Shown in pieces: positions 1 through 8,829 of a stretch of DNA of 64,000 nucleotides. The notes below the pieces were generated by a model. That model saw only the letters and a program-made list of their open reading frames with translations, was not told where the DNA came from and did no database searches. Each line of letters begins with the position of its first letter. The stretch's first letter is position 1. Origin of the DNA: Candidatus Dormiibacterota bacterium (GTDB taxonomy: Bacteria > Chloroflexota > Dormibacteria > CF-121); contig DASYVR010000002.1 of NCBI GenBank assembly GCA_035936995.1, forward strand, positions 5,311 through 69,310. The letters run 5' to 3'. The position numbers and the translations under genes were made by a program.

Positions 1-909
1 TTGATGGCCAGCACGCTGGGATGGCGCTGGGCGTTCGTCTCGATCATTCCACTGACCGTGATCGCGATGGCGCTCGCGATGCCGGCGTTGCGCGCCTTAC
101 CGGCCGCGGAAAAACCGTCGCACCTGTCGATCCGATGGCCCTTGGAATTGGCTGCAGGTGTCGCCGCGCTGATCAGTGGGCTTTCGATCCTTTCATGGCT
201 CAGCGTGCCGCTCGTGGCCGTGGGCGCTTGGCTGACCTGGTCGGCGCTTGGCCACATCCTTCCCGTGGGTTCACTTCGCGCGCGACCGGGACCGCCGGCC
301 GCCGTCATGACGATCTTCCTGCTCATCCTCGCCTTCATCGGCGCCGACTACTTCATTCCCCTGATGCTGACCGGTGTGCGCGGCCGGTCACTCGCCGAAG
401 CCGGCGCGGTCATCACGTTGGGCACGGTGAGCTGGTCGGTTGGCAACTGGTGGCAGTCCCGTGCGATCCTCCGGACCTCATCGGTCACGCTCGTGCGCCT
501 GGGCGGCGCGATCCTGACCATGGCGATCATCGGAATCATGGCGACGTTGGCTGGCGCGCCGCTCGCGATCTCGTACGTCGGCTGGTTCGCTGCCGGCTTC
601 GGCATGGGTATCGCCTATCCGACCGCATACCTCGTCATCATGAAGGGAGCCGATGCGGCCGACGCGGGGTCGGCGGTGAGTTCCGAACAGGTGGCCGAGC
701 GGCTCGCGCTCGCGCTTGGTGGCGGCCTTGGCGGCGTCTGCGTTGCGCTCGCGGCGGGGCTGCACGCGTCGCTTGCCGCGGGACTCGCGGGTGCCTTCGC
801 GCTGGCGTTGCTCGCCGCGCTTGCCAGTATCGCGCTCGCCCCACGCCTTACGCCGGCGCGCTCAGCAGCCTTCGCCGCGCATCCAGGTAGAGGACCGTTA
901 ACACCGTGA
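1..909 (+). CDS. Membrane transporter, C-terminal portion (MFS-like); 5' partial at the window edge
   Basis: ORF runs from the window start; multiple hydrophobic helices, G/A-rich C-terminus. Confidence 0.45.
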   Translation: MMASTLGWRWAFVSIIPLTVIAMALAMPALRALPAAEKPSHLSIRWPLELAAGVAALISGLSILSWLSVPLVAVGAWLTWSALGHILPVGSLRARPGPPAAVMTIFLLILAFIGADYFIPLMLTGVRGRSLAEAGAVITLGTVSWSVGNWWQSRAILRTSSVTLVRLGGAILTMAIIGIMATLAGAPLAISYVGWFAAGFGMGIAYPTAYLVIMKGADAADAGSAVSSEQVAERLALALGGGLGGVCVALAAGLHASLAAGLAGAFALALLAALASIALAPRLTPARSAAFAAHPGRGPLTP

Positions 910-1056
910 GCGTGACCACGAGCCAGACGAACATCAAGAGGAAACCACGCCGCGGGCCGCGGACAATCTGGAGCAGCCACGAGCTGCCCGTGCCCGCAAC
1001 GCCAAAGGCGAAACAAAAAGAGGCCGCCGAAGCGGCCTCTTTCTCACGTTCGCGCG

Positions 1057-1425
1057 CTAGTCTTCGTGGTTGCCGTTCGCGGCACTCTGGTCGTTCGTCT
1101 CGGTCGTCGACTCGTTAACGCCCGACTGGTTCTGCTGGCCATTGCAGCCGGCGTCCTGGTGCTCGCCCTCGAACTCGCCCGCTTGCTCGGCTTGCGCGGT
1201 GCAGATGGTCGGGCTCGCCGCCGTCGCCGGCTTGGTGGCCGGCTTCATTGTCGGCTGCGTGGTCGACGTGGCCGCCGGCGCGACAGCCGGCTTGCGATCC
1301 TGCTGCGTCTGCTGCTGGCCCTTTTGGCCTTGCTCTGCATTCGCCGAATCGGGCTTGGCGCTGGCGGCGATACCACTCACCAGCAGCAAGCCGCCGGCGA
1401 TCATTGCGATAACGATCCTGCGCAT
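1057..1425 (-). CDS. Small secreted low-complexity protein (signal peptide, Q/T/A-rich)
   Basis: N-terminal MRRIVIAMIAGGLLLVSGIAASA signal-like segment; no recognisable domain. Confidence 0.35.
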   Translation of the reverse strand: MRRIVIAMIAGGLLLVSGIAASAKPDSANAEQGQKGQQQTQQDRKPAVAPAATSTTQPTMKPATKPATAASPTICTAQAEQAGEFEGEHQDAGCNGQQNQSGVNESTTETNDQSAANGNHED

Positions 1426-1599
1426 ATGAATTCGTTGGCTCCTTGGGGCAAGGCTGGACAGCCTGGTCCACTTCTATCAACGCGGCCATGGTGTGCCGTA
1501 TTCGCGACCAACTAATACGGTCCGCCATCGCGGACGTGATGAGGGCGTGCCCTTTGAATGTCCGATTTCCGCTAGCGCGATCGAGCCCAACCCGCCAGA

Positions 1600-3069
1600 A
1601 TGGACCGTGTAATCGCCTCACAGCTCGACTTCGAACGCTGCTACCGGGCCGTCGAAAGCCGCGACGCTCGCTTCGACGGCTGGTTCATCACCGCCGTCAA
1701 AACGACCGGCATCTACTGCCGGCCGAGCTGCCCGACGCCGGTGCGCCCAAAACGCGAGAACGTCCGCTTCTACCCGACCGCCGCGGCGGCGCAGCTCGCC
1801 GGCTTCCGCGCCTGCAAGCGCTGCCGCCCGGACGCCTCTGCTGGCTCGCCGGAATTGAACGTGCGCGGTGACCTCGTTGGTCGCGCGATGCGCTTGATCG
1901 CGGACGGCACGGTCGATCGGGTCGGCGTCGCGGGGCTCGCTCGCCGCCTCGCGGTCAGCGAACGCCATCTCGACCGTCTGCTGCTCGGCGAGCTCGGGGC
2001 AGGACCGCTCGCGATCGCCCGCGCCCAGCGCGCCCAAACCGCGCGAACCCTGATCGAGACGACAGACCTGCCGTTTACGGACGTCGCGTTCGCGGCCGGT
2101 TTCGAGAGTGTCCGGCAGTTCAACGACACGGTTCGCGAGGTGTTCGCCCTCACCCCCACAGCGCTGCGCACGGCCGGCCGGCGTCGCGGCGACGTCGTCG
2201 AAGGCGCGCTCACGCTCCGTCTTCCCTATCGACCGCCGCTCGACTGGCCAGCGCTGTCCGGCTGGCTTCGGACCCGAGCCGTGCCTGGCGTCGCGGAGGC
2301 GAACGGCCGCGCCTATCGTCGAACGCTTCGCCTCGCGCGCGGAGCGGCGATCGTCGCCCTCGAGCCCGTCAACGGCCACATCCAGTGCACGCTGAAGCTC
2401 GAGTCGATGGCCGACCTGACGAGCGCGGTACGACAGTGCCGCCGTTTGCTCGACCTCGACGCCGACCCGCTGAGCGTGGTCGAAGTGTTGTCGCAGGACC
2501 GGCGTCTCTCGCCGATCGTCAAGAAGCGCCCGGGTTTGCGCGCACCGGGCGCGGTCGACGGAACGGAGCTCGCGATCCAGGCGATCCTCGGCCAGCAGGT
2601 CTCCCTCGCGGCGGCGCGCACGCTGACGTCGCGCCTCGTGACCGCGCACGGCGATCTGATCAAGATCGCCGATCCCACCTTGACGCACCTCTTTCCGTGC
2701 CCCGATGCGATCGCCGCGGCCGATCTCTCGAAGCTGGGCGTGCCACAGACTCGCCGAGCAACGCTTCATGCGCTTGCCGGCGCGGTCGCCGGCGGCACAC
2801 TCGTACTCGACCCCGGGGCCGACCGGGCGGAAACCTACCAGCGGCTGCTGGCGGTGCCGGGGATCGGAGAGTGGACGGCGGGGTACATCCTGATGCGCGC
2901 GCTCGGCGATCCAGATACGTTTCTGCCGAGCGACCTCGGCATCAAGAAGGCAAGCGCGCGGCTGGGCCTGGGTGACAAGGCGCGCACAGTTTCCGAACGC
3001 GCCGCCGCCTGGCGCCCCTGGCGGACCTATGCAACACACCACTTGTGGGCAACACTCACCGACATCTAG
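1600..3069 (+). CDS. alkA: Ada N-terminal Zn-binding/AraC domain fused to DNA-3-methyladenine glycosylase II (AlkA)
   Basis: N-terminal CxxC...CKRC Ada metal-binding motif, HTH region, C-terminal HhH-GPD glycosylase region; architecture as in the mycobacterial ada-alkA fusion. Confidence 0.8.
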   Translation: MDRVIASQLDFERCYRAVESRDARFDGWFITAVKTTGIYCRPSCPTPVRPKRENVRFYPTAAAAQLAGFRACKRCRPDASAGSPELNVRGDLVGRAMRLIADGTVDRVGVAGLARRLAVSERHLDRLLLGELGAGPLAIARAQRAQTARTLIETTDLPFTDVAFAAGFESVRQFNDTVREVFALTPTALRTAGRRRGDVVEGALTLRLPYRPPLDWPALSGWLRTRAVPGVAEANGRAYRRTLRLARGAAIVALEPVNGHIQCTLKLESMADLTSAVRQCRRLLDLDADPLSVVEVLSQDRRLSPIVKKRPGLRAPGAVDGTELAIQAILGQQVSLAAARTLTSRLVTAHGDLIKIADPTLTHLFPCPDAIAAADLSKLGVPQTRRATLHALAGAVAGGTLVLDPGADRAETYQRLLAVPGIGEWTAGYILMRALGDPDTFLPSDLGIKKASARLGLGDKARTVSERAAAWRPWRTYATHHLWATLTDI

Positions 3070-3081
3070 AAGGAGTCACCG

Positions 3082-3669
3082 ATGACACCCAAGCCCGTCC
3101 TCTACAGCACGACCCATCCGACGCCAATCGGCGAGCTCACCCTGATCGCCTCAGACCGCGGCTTGCGCGCGATCCTCTGGCCGAGGCTCTTGCCTCAGCG
3201 CGCCGGCATCAGCCCGCGCCCGCATCGCAACCCCGATCATTCGATTCTGCGAAAGACCGTCCAACAGCTGGATGAATACTTCGCCGGCCGGCGCACGAGC
3301 TTCGACCTGCCGCTCGACCTCGACGGCACCCGCTTCCAGCTCGCGGCCTGGCGGTCACTGGCCGATATCCCGTTCGGAACCACCACCACGTACGGCCGGC
3401 AGGCGGCGGCCCTCGGCATTCCGAAGGCCGCTCGGGCACTCGGCGCCGCGAACGGGGCGAACCCCGTCTGCATCGTCCTTCCCTGCCACCGCGTGATCGG
3501 CGCGGATGGTTCCCTCACCGGCTTCGGCGGCGGGTTACCGACCAAGCAATGGCTGCTCGACCATGAAGCACAGGTGGCTCGCACGATTTTCGATGAGCCC
3601 CAATGGCGCAAACACCAACCCGTCCAGACGCGCTTATCCATGCCCCTTGAACGCCTGCTGCTGAAGTAA
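3082..3669 (+). CDS. ogt: Methylated-DNA-protein-cysteine methyltransferase
   Basis: PCHRVIGADGSLTGFGGG active-site motif; sits 12 nt after alkA, consistent with an operon. Confidence 0.85.
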   Translation: MTPKPVLYSTTHPTPIGELTLIASDRGLRAILWPRLLPQRAGISPRPHRNPDHSILRKTVQQLDEYFAGRRTSFDLPLDLDGTRFQLAAWRSLADIPFGTTTTYGRQAAALGIPKAARALGAANGANPVCIVLPCHRVIGADGSLTGFGGGLPTKQWLLDHEAQVARTIFDEPQWRKHQPVQTRLSMPLERLLLK

Positions 3670-3710
3670 CCACTTCCGGCTTCAGCGTTGACCCGCTACA
3701 TTACTAGGGG

Positions 3711-6266
3711 ATGCACCCGGGGAACAATCTGACGCGGGATGAAGCCCGCCAGCGGGCCGACTTGATTCACACCCCGCTGTACGACATTTCGCTCGATCTC
3801 ACGAGGGATACTGACACCTTCAGCTGCGAAGCCACCATTCACTTCCTTTGCCAAGAGCCTGGCGCCAACACCTTTATCGATTTCCTGGCGCCCTCGGTCG
3901 ACAGCTGCGAGCTCAACGGCGAGGAAGTCCCCAAAGAGGCCTTCAACGGTGCCCGCATCACGCTCGAGAACCTGCGTGAGGCGAACGAGCTCCATGTCCT
4001 CGGCACCTGCTACTACCAAAACGTCGGCGCGGGACTCTGCAAGTTCAAAGACCCGGTCGACCACAAGACCTACCTGCACAGCCAGTTCGAGACCTTCGAC
4101 GCCCACCGGATGTATCCCTGCTTCGACCAGCCCGACCTGAAGGCGAGCTTCACCTTCACGGTGCTGGCCCCCAACGACTGGGTGGTCGTCTCCAACAACC
4201 CCGGCCAGGCCCAGCCGGTCGCGGGCAAGGAGAACATCAAGCGCTGGACCTTTGGGGCCACCCCCAAGATGTCGTCGTACCTGACCGCGATCGTCGCCGG
4301 TCCCTACCATGGCGTCCGCGACCGGCACGGCGACGTCGACCTTGGCATCTTTTGCCGCCAGTCGCTGGCCCAATACCTCGACCCCGAGGAGATCTTCACC
4401 GTCACCAAGCAGGGCCTCGACTTTTACGGCCAGGCCTACAAGTACCCCTATCCCTTCCAGAAGTACGACCAGCTCTTCGTCCCCGAGTTCAGCGCCGGCG
4501 CGATGGAAAACATCGGATGCGTCACGTTCAACGAATTCATGCTCTTTCGCTCGAAGGTGACGGAGGCCGTCCGCGAGGATCGCGCGAATGCCATCCTGCA
4601 CGAGATGGCGCATATGTGGTTCGGCGACCTGGTGACGATGCGCTGGTGGGACGACCTCTGGCTGAACGAGAGCTTCGCGACCTTCATGTCGGTGCTCTGT
4701 CAGGTGGAGGCGACGCGCTTCAAAAATGGTTGGGTGACGTTCGCCAACCAGTACAAGGCGGGCGCCCGCCGCCAGGACCAGCTACCGACGACCCACCCCA
4801 TCGCCGCGGACGTGCCGGACATCCAGTCCGTCTACTTGAATTTCGACGCGATCACCTACAACAAGGGCGCGTGCGTCCTCCGGCAGCTGGTTGCCTACGT
4901 CGGACAGGACACGTTCCTCCGCGGCGTCCAGCGCTACGTCAAGCAGCGGCAGTACGCGAACGCCACGCTCGCGGATTTCCTGTCGGATGTCGAAGCGGGC
5001 TCTGGTCGCGATTTGCAGGCCTGGTCCAAGCTCTGGTTGGAGACCGCCGGCCTTAACACGCTGCGGCCGGACGCCACCGCGCAGAGCGACGTCATCGGCT
5101 CCCTCACCATCAAGCAGGAGGCGCCTCCCGAACACCCGACGATCCGTCCACACCGGCTCGCGGTTGGGCTCTACGACCGCCAGTCCGACTCGCTCCAGCT
5201 GCGCCGGCGAGTGGAGCTGGACGTCGCCGACGCGAACACCCCGGTCACCGATCTCATCGGCGAACGCCTGCCTGACCTGCTGCTCGTCAATGATCTCGAC
5301 CTGACCTACGCAAAGATCCGCCTGGACGAGCGCTCGCTGGCTACGGCCACCCAGCATCTCGCGGAGCTCTCCGACCCATTGGCGCGGGCGATCACCTGGG
5401 CCGCGCTCTGGGACATGTTGCGCGATGCCGAGATTCCGGCGCGGCGCTACCTGCCGCTGATCCTCAAGAACATCCGGGGCGAAACCGACATCGGCGTCGT
5501 CCAGGACCTCCTCGCGCAAGCCTCCTCGGCCGTGTGGGTCTACGGCGATCCGATGAATGTCGATTCGGCGGTGAAGATCCTGGCCGATCACGCGCTTCGG
5601 GCGCTCGACGCCGCCCCGGCCGGTAGCGACCTGCAGCTCGCCTGGGCTCACGCCTTCATCAACGCGGCCCGTTCTTCGGAGCACCTGTCGATCCTTCGCG
5701 GCTTGCTGGACGGCATCAAGGTCTTCACCGGTCTCAAGGTCGACACCGACCTGCGCTGGGCGATCGTCAATGCACTGGCCGGCCTCGGCGCCGATGATGG
5801 CCTGATCGATGCCGAGTTGAAACGCGACCCCACCGACGAGGGCCAGCGTTACGCCGCCGCAGCCCGCGCCGCGCGCCCGACGCCCGACGCCAAGGAACAG
5901 GTTTGGGCGTCGCTGATGGAGGACCTCACCATGCCGCTGGCCACGATGCGGTCGATGATGCGGGGGTTTCACCGCTTCGATCAACGACGCGTGCTCGAGG
6001 CCTACAGCGCTCGATACTTCCAGGCGCTGGCGAACGTCTGGAAAGAGCGTGAAATCGAGGTCGCCCTCGCCTTCATCCGCATGATGTACCCCTCGGTCGT
6101 GGTCGGCGACGAGACGGTGAAAGCCACCGACCAGTATCTCGCCGCGGACAGCGTGCCAGGGCCGGTACGACGAATTCTGCTCGAAGGCAAGGACAACATG
6201 CTTCGGACCATGCGCGGGCGAGCCGCCGACGCCGCGGCCGCCGAAAAGGTCTCTGCCGAACGCTAG
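3711..6266 (+). CDS. pepN: Aminopeptidase N (M1 family)
   Basis: HEMAHMWFGDLVTMRWW...LNESFA (HEXXH...E) zinc motif, GAMEN-like AGAMEN motif, 851 aa. Confidence 0.9.
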   Translation: MHPGNNLTRDEARQRADLIHTPLYDISLDLTRDTDTFSCEATIHFLCQEPGANTFIDFLAPSVDSCELNGEEVPKEAFNGARITLENLREANELHVLGTCYYQNVGAGLCKFKDPVDHKTYLHSQFETFDAHRMYPCFDQPDLKASFTFTVLAPNDWVVVSNNPGQAQPVAGKENIKRWTFGATPKMSSYLTAIVAGPYHGVRDRHGDVDLGIFCRQSLAQYLDPEEIFTVTKQGLDFYGQAYKYPYPFQKYDQLFVPEFSAGAMENIGCVTFNEFMLFRSKVTEAVREDRANAILHEMAHMWFGDLVTMRWWDDLWLNESFATFMSVLCQVEATRFKNGWVTFANQYKAGARRQDQLPTTHPIAADVPDIQSVYLNFDAITYNKGACVLRQLVAYVGQDTFLRGVQRYVKQRQYANATLADFLSDVEAGSGRDLQAWSKLWLETAGLNTLRPDATAQSDVIGSLTIKQEAPPEHPTIRPHRLAVGLYDRQSDSLQLRRRVELDVADANTPVTDLIGERLPDLLLVNDLDLTYAKIRLDERSLATATQHLAELSDPLARAITWAALWDMLRDAEIPARRYLPLILKNIRGETDIGVVQDLLAQASSAVWVYGDPMNVDSAVKILADHALRALDAAPAGSDLQLAWAHAFINAARSSEHLSILRGLLDGIKVFTGLKVDTDLRWAIVNALAGLGADDGLIDAELKRDPTDEGQRYAAAARAARPTPDAKEQVWASLMEDLTMPLATMRSMMRGFHRFDQRRVLEAYSARYFQALANVWKEREIEVALAFIRMMYPSVVVGDETVKATDQYLAADSVPGPVRRILLEGKDNMLRTMRGRAADAAAAEKVSAER

Positions 6267-6356
6267 AACGCCCGCCGCGGCGACCGAAGATTCCTGGGCC
6301 CAGTGGATCAGCATGCGCCGCCAGGGTAGCGCGACGATTCCGCCCAGTTCCGAGTG

Positions 6357-7556
6357 TCACGCATCGCGGTTGATAGCGCGCTCGGGAGAAATGGAGATGC
6401 GGCCAGCGAGCACAGCCCCAACGATGGCTAGGATGGCAGCCCCGGCAAATGCAATCGCGGGCGCAGCCAGCGTCCAAACCAGGGCAACCCAAACCGACGA
6501 GACGAAGTCGCCAGCACCGTTGACGGCTGCCAGAACCCCGAATCCTGCGCCTCGTTCTATGGGCGCGAGTTGGTGCGCCGCTAACGCAGTTTCGGCAACC
6601 TCAACCGATCCCGCAGCAAAACCGCCCGCGACGAAGGCAGGGATCACCATCCAGACTGCGGACGATGCGAGCGCAAGCAAGGCAGCCGCTACGGCGAACG
6701 AAAGAAAGCCGGCAATGAGTGCTGTCTGTCGCCTGCCGGTGCGATCGGCAAAGGCACCGACCGGATAAGAGACGGCAGTTGCGCTCAGGTTGTACAAGAA
6801 GTACAGAAAGATGGCGAGCGTAACGGCGGCTGCGCGACCATGCAACGGAACTAGTAGCTGGATCGCCCGTAGAGTGAAGAGACTTCCCGCAAATTGGGCG
6901 CTGCCAAACACCGCGACAGCAACCAGCAGCCGATTGAAACCAGTCGGATAGCCAGCGAGTCGAACCCGGAAGTTCCCGCGCTCCGCCCTGACTCGCCGCA
7001 CCAGGAGGTAGCAGCCGGCTGCTAAGAAACCGGGAATGGCAGCAACCAGAAACGTCGTTCGGTAGGAAAACACGCCGAGTAGAACCACCGCCAGCAAGGG
7101 CGCGAAGACCGCCCCGGCATTGTCGCCTGCCCGCTCAAAACCAAAGGCTCTCCCAAACTGTTCCTTGGAAACGGAAAGGGTGAGCAGCAAGTTGCGCACT
7201 GGCCCTCGCCAACCCCGCCCAGCCCAACCAATCGGACGGATTAGCACCAGCCACGGCCATGACGAAACTAAGCCAAGCAGTGCCGTTGCCAGGCCGGTCG
7301 TCGCATAACCCCCTGCTGCCCAGCCGCGCAAGCCGATGGCGTCAGCCGCCAGCTTGCCTCCATACAACTTCGCTCCAGCGGCCACAAGGTTGGAGAACCC
7401 TTCGACCAGGCCGAGCGCGATAGGCGGAGCCGCAAGAACGACAGTAAGAAAGCCCGGAAGCACGGCGGTAGCTGTCTCGTGTCCGAGGTCGGAGAAGAGG
7501 GAGGCAAGCGCAATTGCGATTACCGATTTGCCGAGTAACCGGTTGCCCCTCTGCAT
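6357..7556 (-). CDS. MFS transporter
   Basis: About 12 predicted TM helices, 399 aa. Confidence 0.65.
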   Translation of the reverse strand: MQRGNRLLGKSVIAIALASLFSDLGHETATAVLPGFLTVVLAAPPIALGLVEGFSNLVAAGAKLYGGKLAADAIGLRGWAAGGYATTGLATALLGLVSSWPWLVLIRPIGWAGRGWRGPVRNLLLTLSVSKEQFGRAFGFERAGDNAGAVFAPLLAVVLLGVFSYRTTFLVAAIPGFLAAGCYLLVRRVRAERGNFRVRLAGYPTGFNRLLVAVAVFGSAQFAGSLFTLRAIQLLVPLHGRAAAVTLAIFLYFLYNLSATAVSYPVGAFADRTGRRQTALIAGFLSFAVAAALLALASSAVWMVIPAFVAGGFAAGSVEVAETALAAHQLAPIERGAGFGVLAAVNGAGDFVSSVWVALVWTLAAPAIAFAGAAILAIVGAVLAGRISISPERAINRDA

Positions 7557-7574
7557 CGGGACAGGATAAGCGGG

Positions 7575-8750
7575 CTACACCAGTTCGGCGGTCTGGCGGG
7601 CAATCACGGCGTCTTCGCGCGCCTCGACCCGTAGGAGCGCAACCGCGCTGCCAGCTCGGCTGATCACGGCGTCGTTTCTGATGTCCGTGGCGGCGACCGC
7701 CCCGAGCCCGAGCGGCGCGAGCCGCCGGACGATCGCCGACCGCACCGACGCCGAGTGTTCCCCGATTCCGCCGGTGACGACCAGGCCGTCGAGGCGGGGC
7801 AGCGCCGTGGCCGCCGCCGCGATGCCGGCCGCGGCTCGGCTGACGAACATGTCGATGGCGAGCTGGGCGCGCTTGTTGCCCTCCCCGGCGGCCTTCTCGA
7901 GCTCCCGCATCCCGCCAGCCCGGCCGAATACGCCGACCAGCCCGGACTTGTGATCGAGCGCCTCCTCGAGCTCCCGCCAGCCAGTCCGCCGCGTCCGCAA
8001 CATATATAGAAGGATGCCGGGGTCGATCGAGCCCGAGCGGGTCCCCATCATCAGGCCTTCCATCGGCGTCAACCCCATCGAGGTGGCGACGGACCGTCCG
8101 TTGAGCACGGCCGTCACCGAGCAGCCGCTGCCGAGGTGGGCCACCACCAGCGCGAGCTGGTCGGCCGGCCGGGCCAGCAGTTCCGCCGCCCGATGCGTCG
8201 ACCACTCGACTGACAGCCCGTGGAAGCCGAAGCGCCGAACGCCGTACTCGCGATGCCAGCGCCGTGGCACTGGATAGAGGAACTGCTCCTCGCTGAGCGT
8301 CGCGTGGAAGGCGGTATCGAACGCCGCCACATGCGGAATCGCGGGCAGAGCCGAGCGGGCGGCCCGAATGGTGGCGGCGGCCACCCGGTTATGCAGCGGC
8401 GCGAACTCGGCCAATGCCTCGATGCCCTTCAAGACCCGGTCGTCGACCCGCACCGCCGACCGGAAGCGGGTGCCGCCATGCACGACCCGATGTCCGACCG
8501 CCTCAACCCCGAGCATTCGTCCCTCTCCCGCTGGGCGCCCTTGTACTTCCCTCCTCTGGGGGAGGGTCAGGGAGGGGGCGGTTATCCCCAATTTCGACAG
8601 CAGCGACCGGACGGTTCGATCCAGTCCTCTCCGCCGACTCGCATCCGCCCCAAGCGAGACCTCGTCTTTCGCGATTGCGGCGAGATCGGCGGTGTCGACG
8701 ATGCTGCCCTTCAGCGAGCTCGAGCCGACATTCAGGACGAGGACGCGCAC
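7575..8750 (-). CDS. ackA: Acetate kinase
   Basis: LVLNVGSSSLK N-terminal motif, AVGHRVVHGG, HLGSGCSV, TSMGLTPMEGLMMGTRSG, GGIGEH motifs; immediately downstream of phosphoketolase. Confidence 0.85.
   Translation of the reverse strand: MRVLVLNVGSSSLKGSIVDTADLAAIAKDEVSLGADASRRRGLDRTVRSLLSKLGITAPSLTLPQRREVQGRPAGEGRMLGVEAVGHRVVHGGTRFRSAVRVDDRVLKGIEALAEFAPLHNRVAAATIRAARSALPAIPHVAAFDTAFHATLSEEQFLYPVPRRWHREYGVRRFGFHGLSVEWSTHRAAELLARPADQLALVVAHLGSGCSVTAVLNGRSVATSMGLTPMEGLMMGTRSGSIDPGILLYMLRTRRTGWRELEEALDHKSGLVGVFGRAGGMRELEKAAGEGNKRAQLAIDMFVSRAAAGIAAAATALPRLDGLVVTGGIGEHSASVRSAIVRRLAPLGLGAVAATDIRNDAVISRAGSAVALLRVEAREDAVIARQTAELV
8547..8580 (+). repeat. G/C-rich hairpin repeat copy inside the ackA CDS (in-frame)
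   Basis: ttccctcctctgggggagggtcagggagggggcg; encodes ...PSLTLPQRREV... in a variable loop of AckA, between the N-terminal SSSLK motif and AVGHRVVHGG. Confidence 0.7.
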
Positions 8751-8756
8751 GCGACC

Positions 8757-8827
8757 CCTTTCCCTCCCCCTCTAGACGAGGGCACGACTCGTTTCCCTCC
8801 CCCTCTGGGGGAGGGCAGGGTGGGGGC
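8757..8827 (+). repeat. Two adjacent G/C-rich hairpin repeat copies (first degenerate) downstream of ackA
   Basis: tttccctccccctctagacgagggca... then tttccctccccctctgggggagggcagggtgggggcg. Confidence 0.9.
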
Positions 8828-8829
8828 GC

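Noticed and set aside
1618-3042. 474-aa ORF antisense to the ada-alkA gene
   Set aside because: R/G/A-rich low-complexity translation typical of antisense frames in high-GC DNA; the sense strand has strong domain motifs.
3696-6314. Long minus-strand ORFs (3696..4613, 4782..6314) inside pepN
   Set aside because: Antisense shadows of a well-supported M1 aminopeptidase gene; no motifs.
7342-8205. 287-aa minus-strand ORF overlapping the MFS and ackA genes in another frame
   Set aside because: Arg/Gly-rich composition with no domain features; overlaps two supported genes.
8757-8827. Intrinsic terminators at the G/C hairpins
   Set aside because: Stems are strong but none is followed by a T/U-tract; at most they are Rho-dependent or pause elements.
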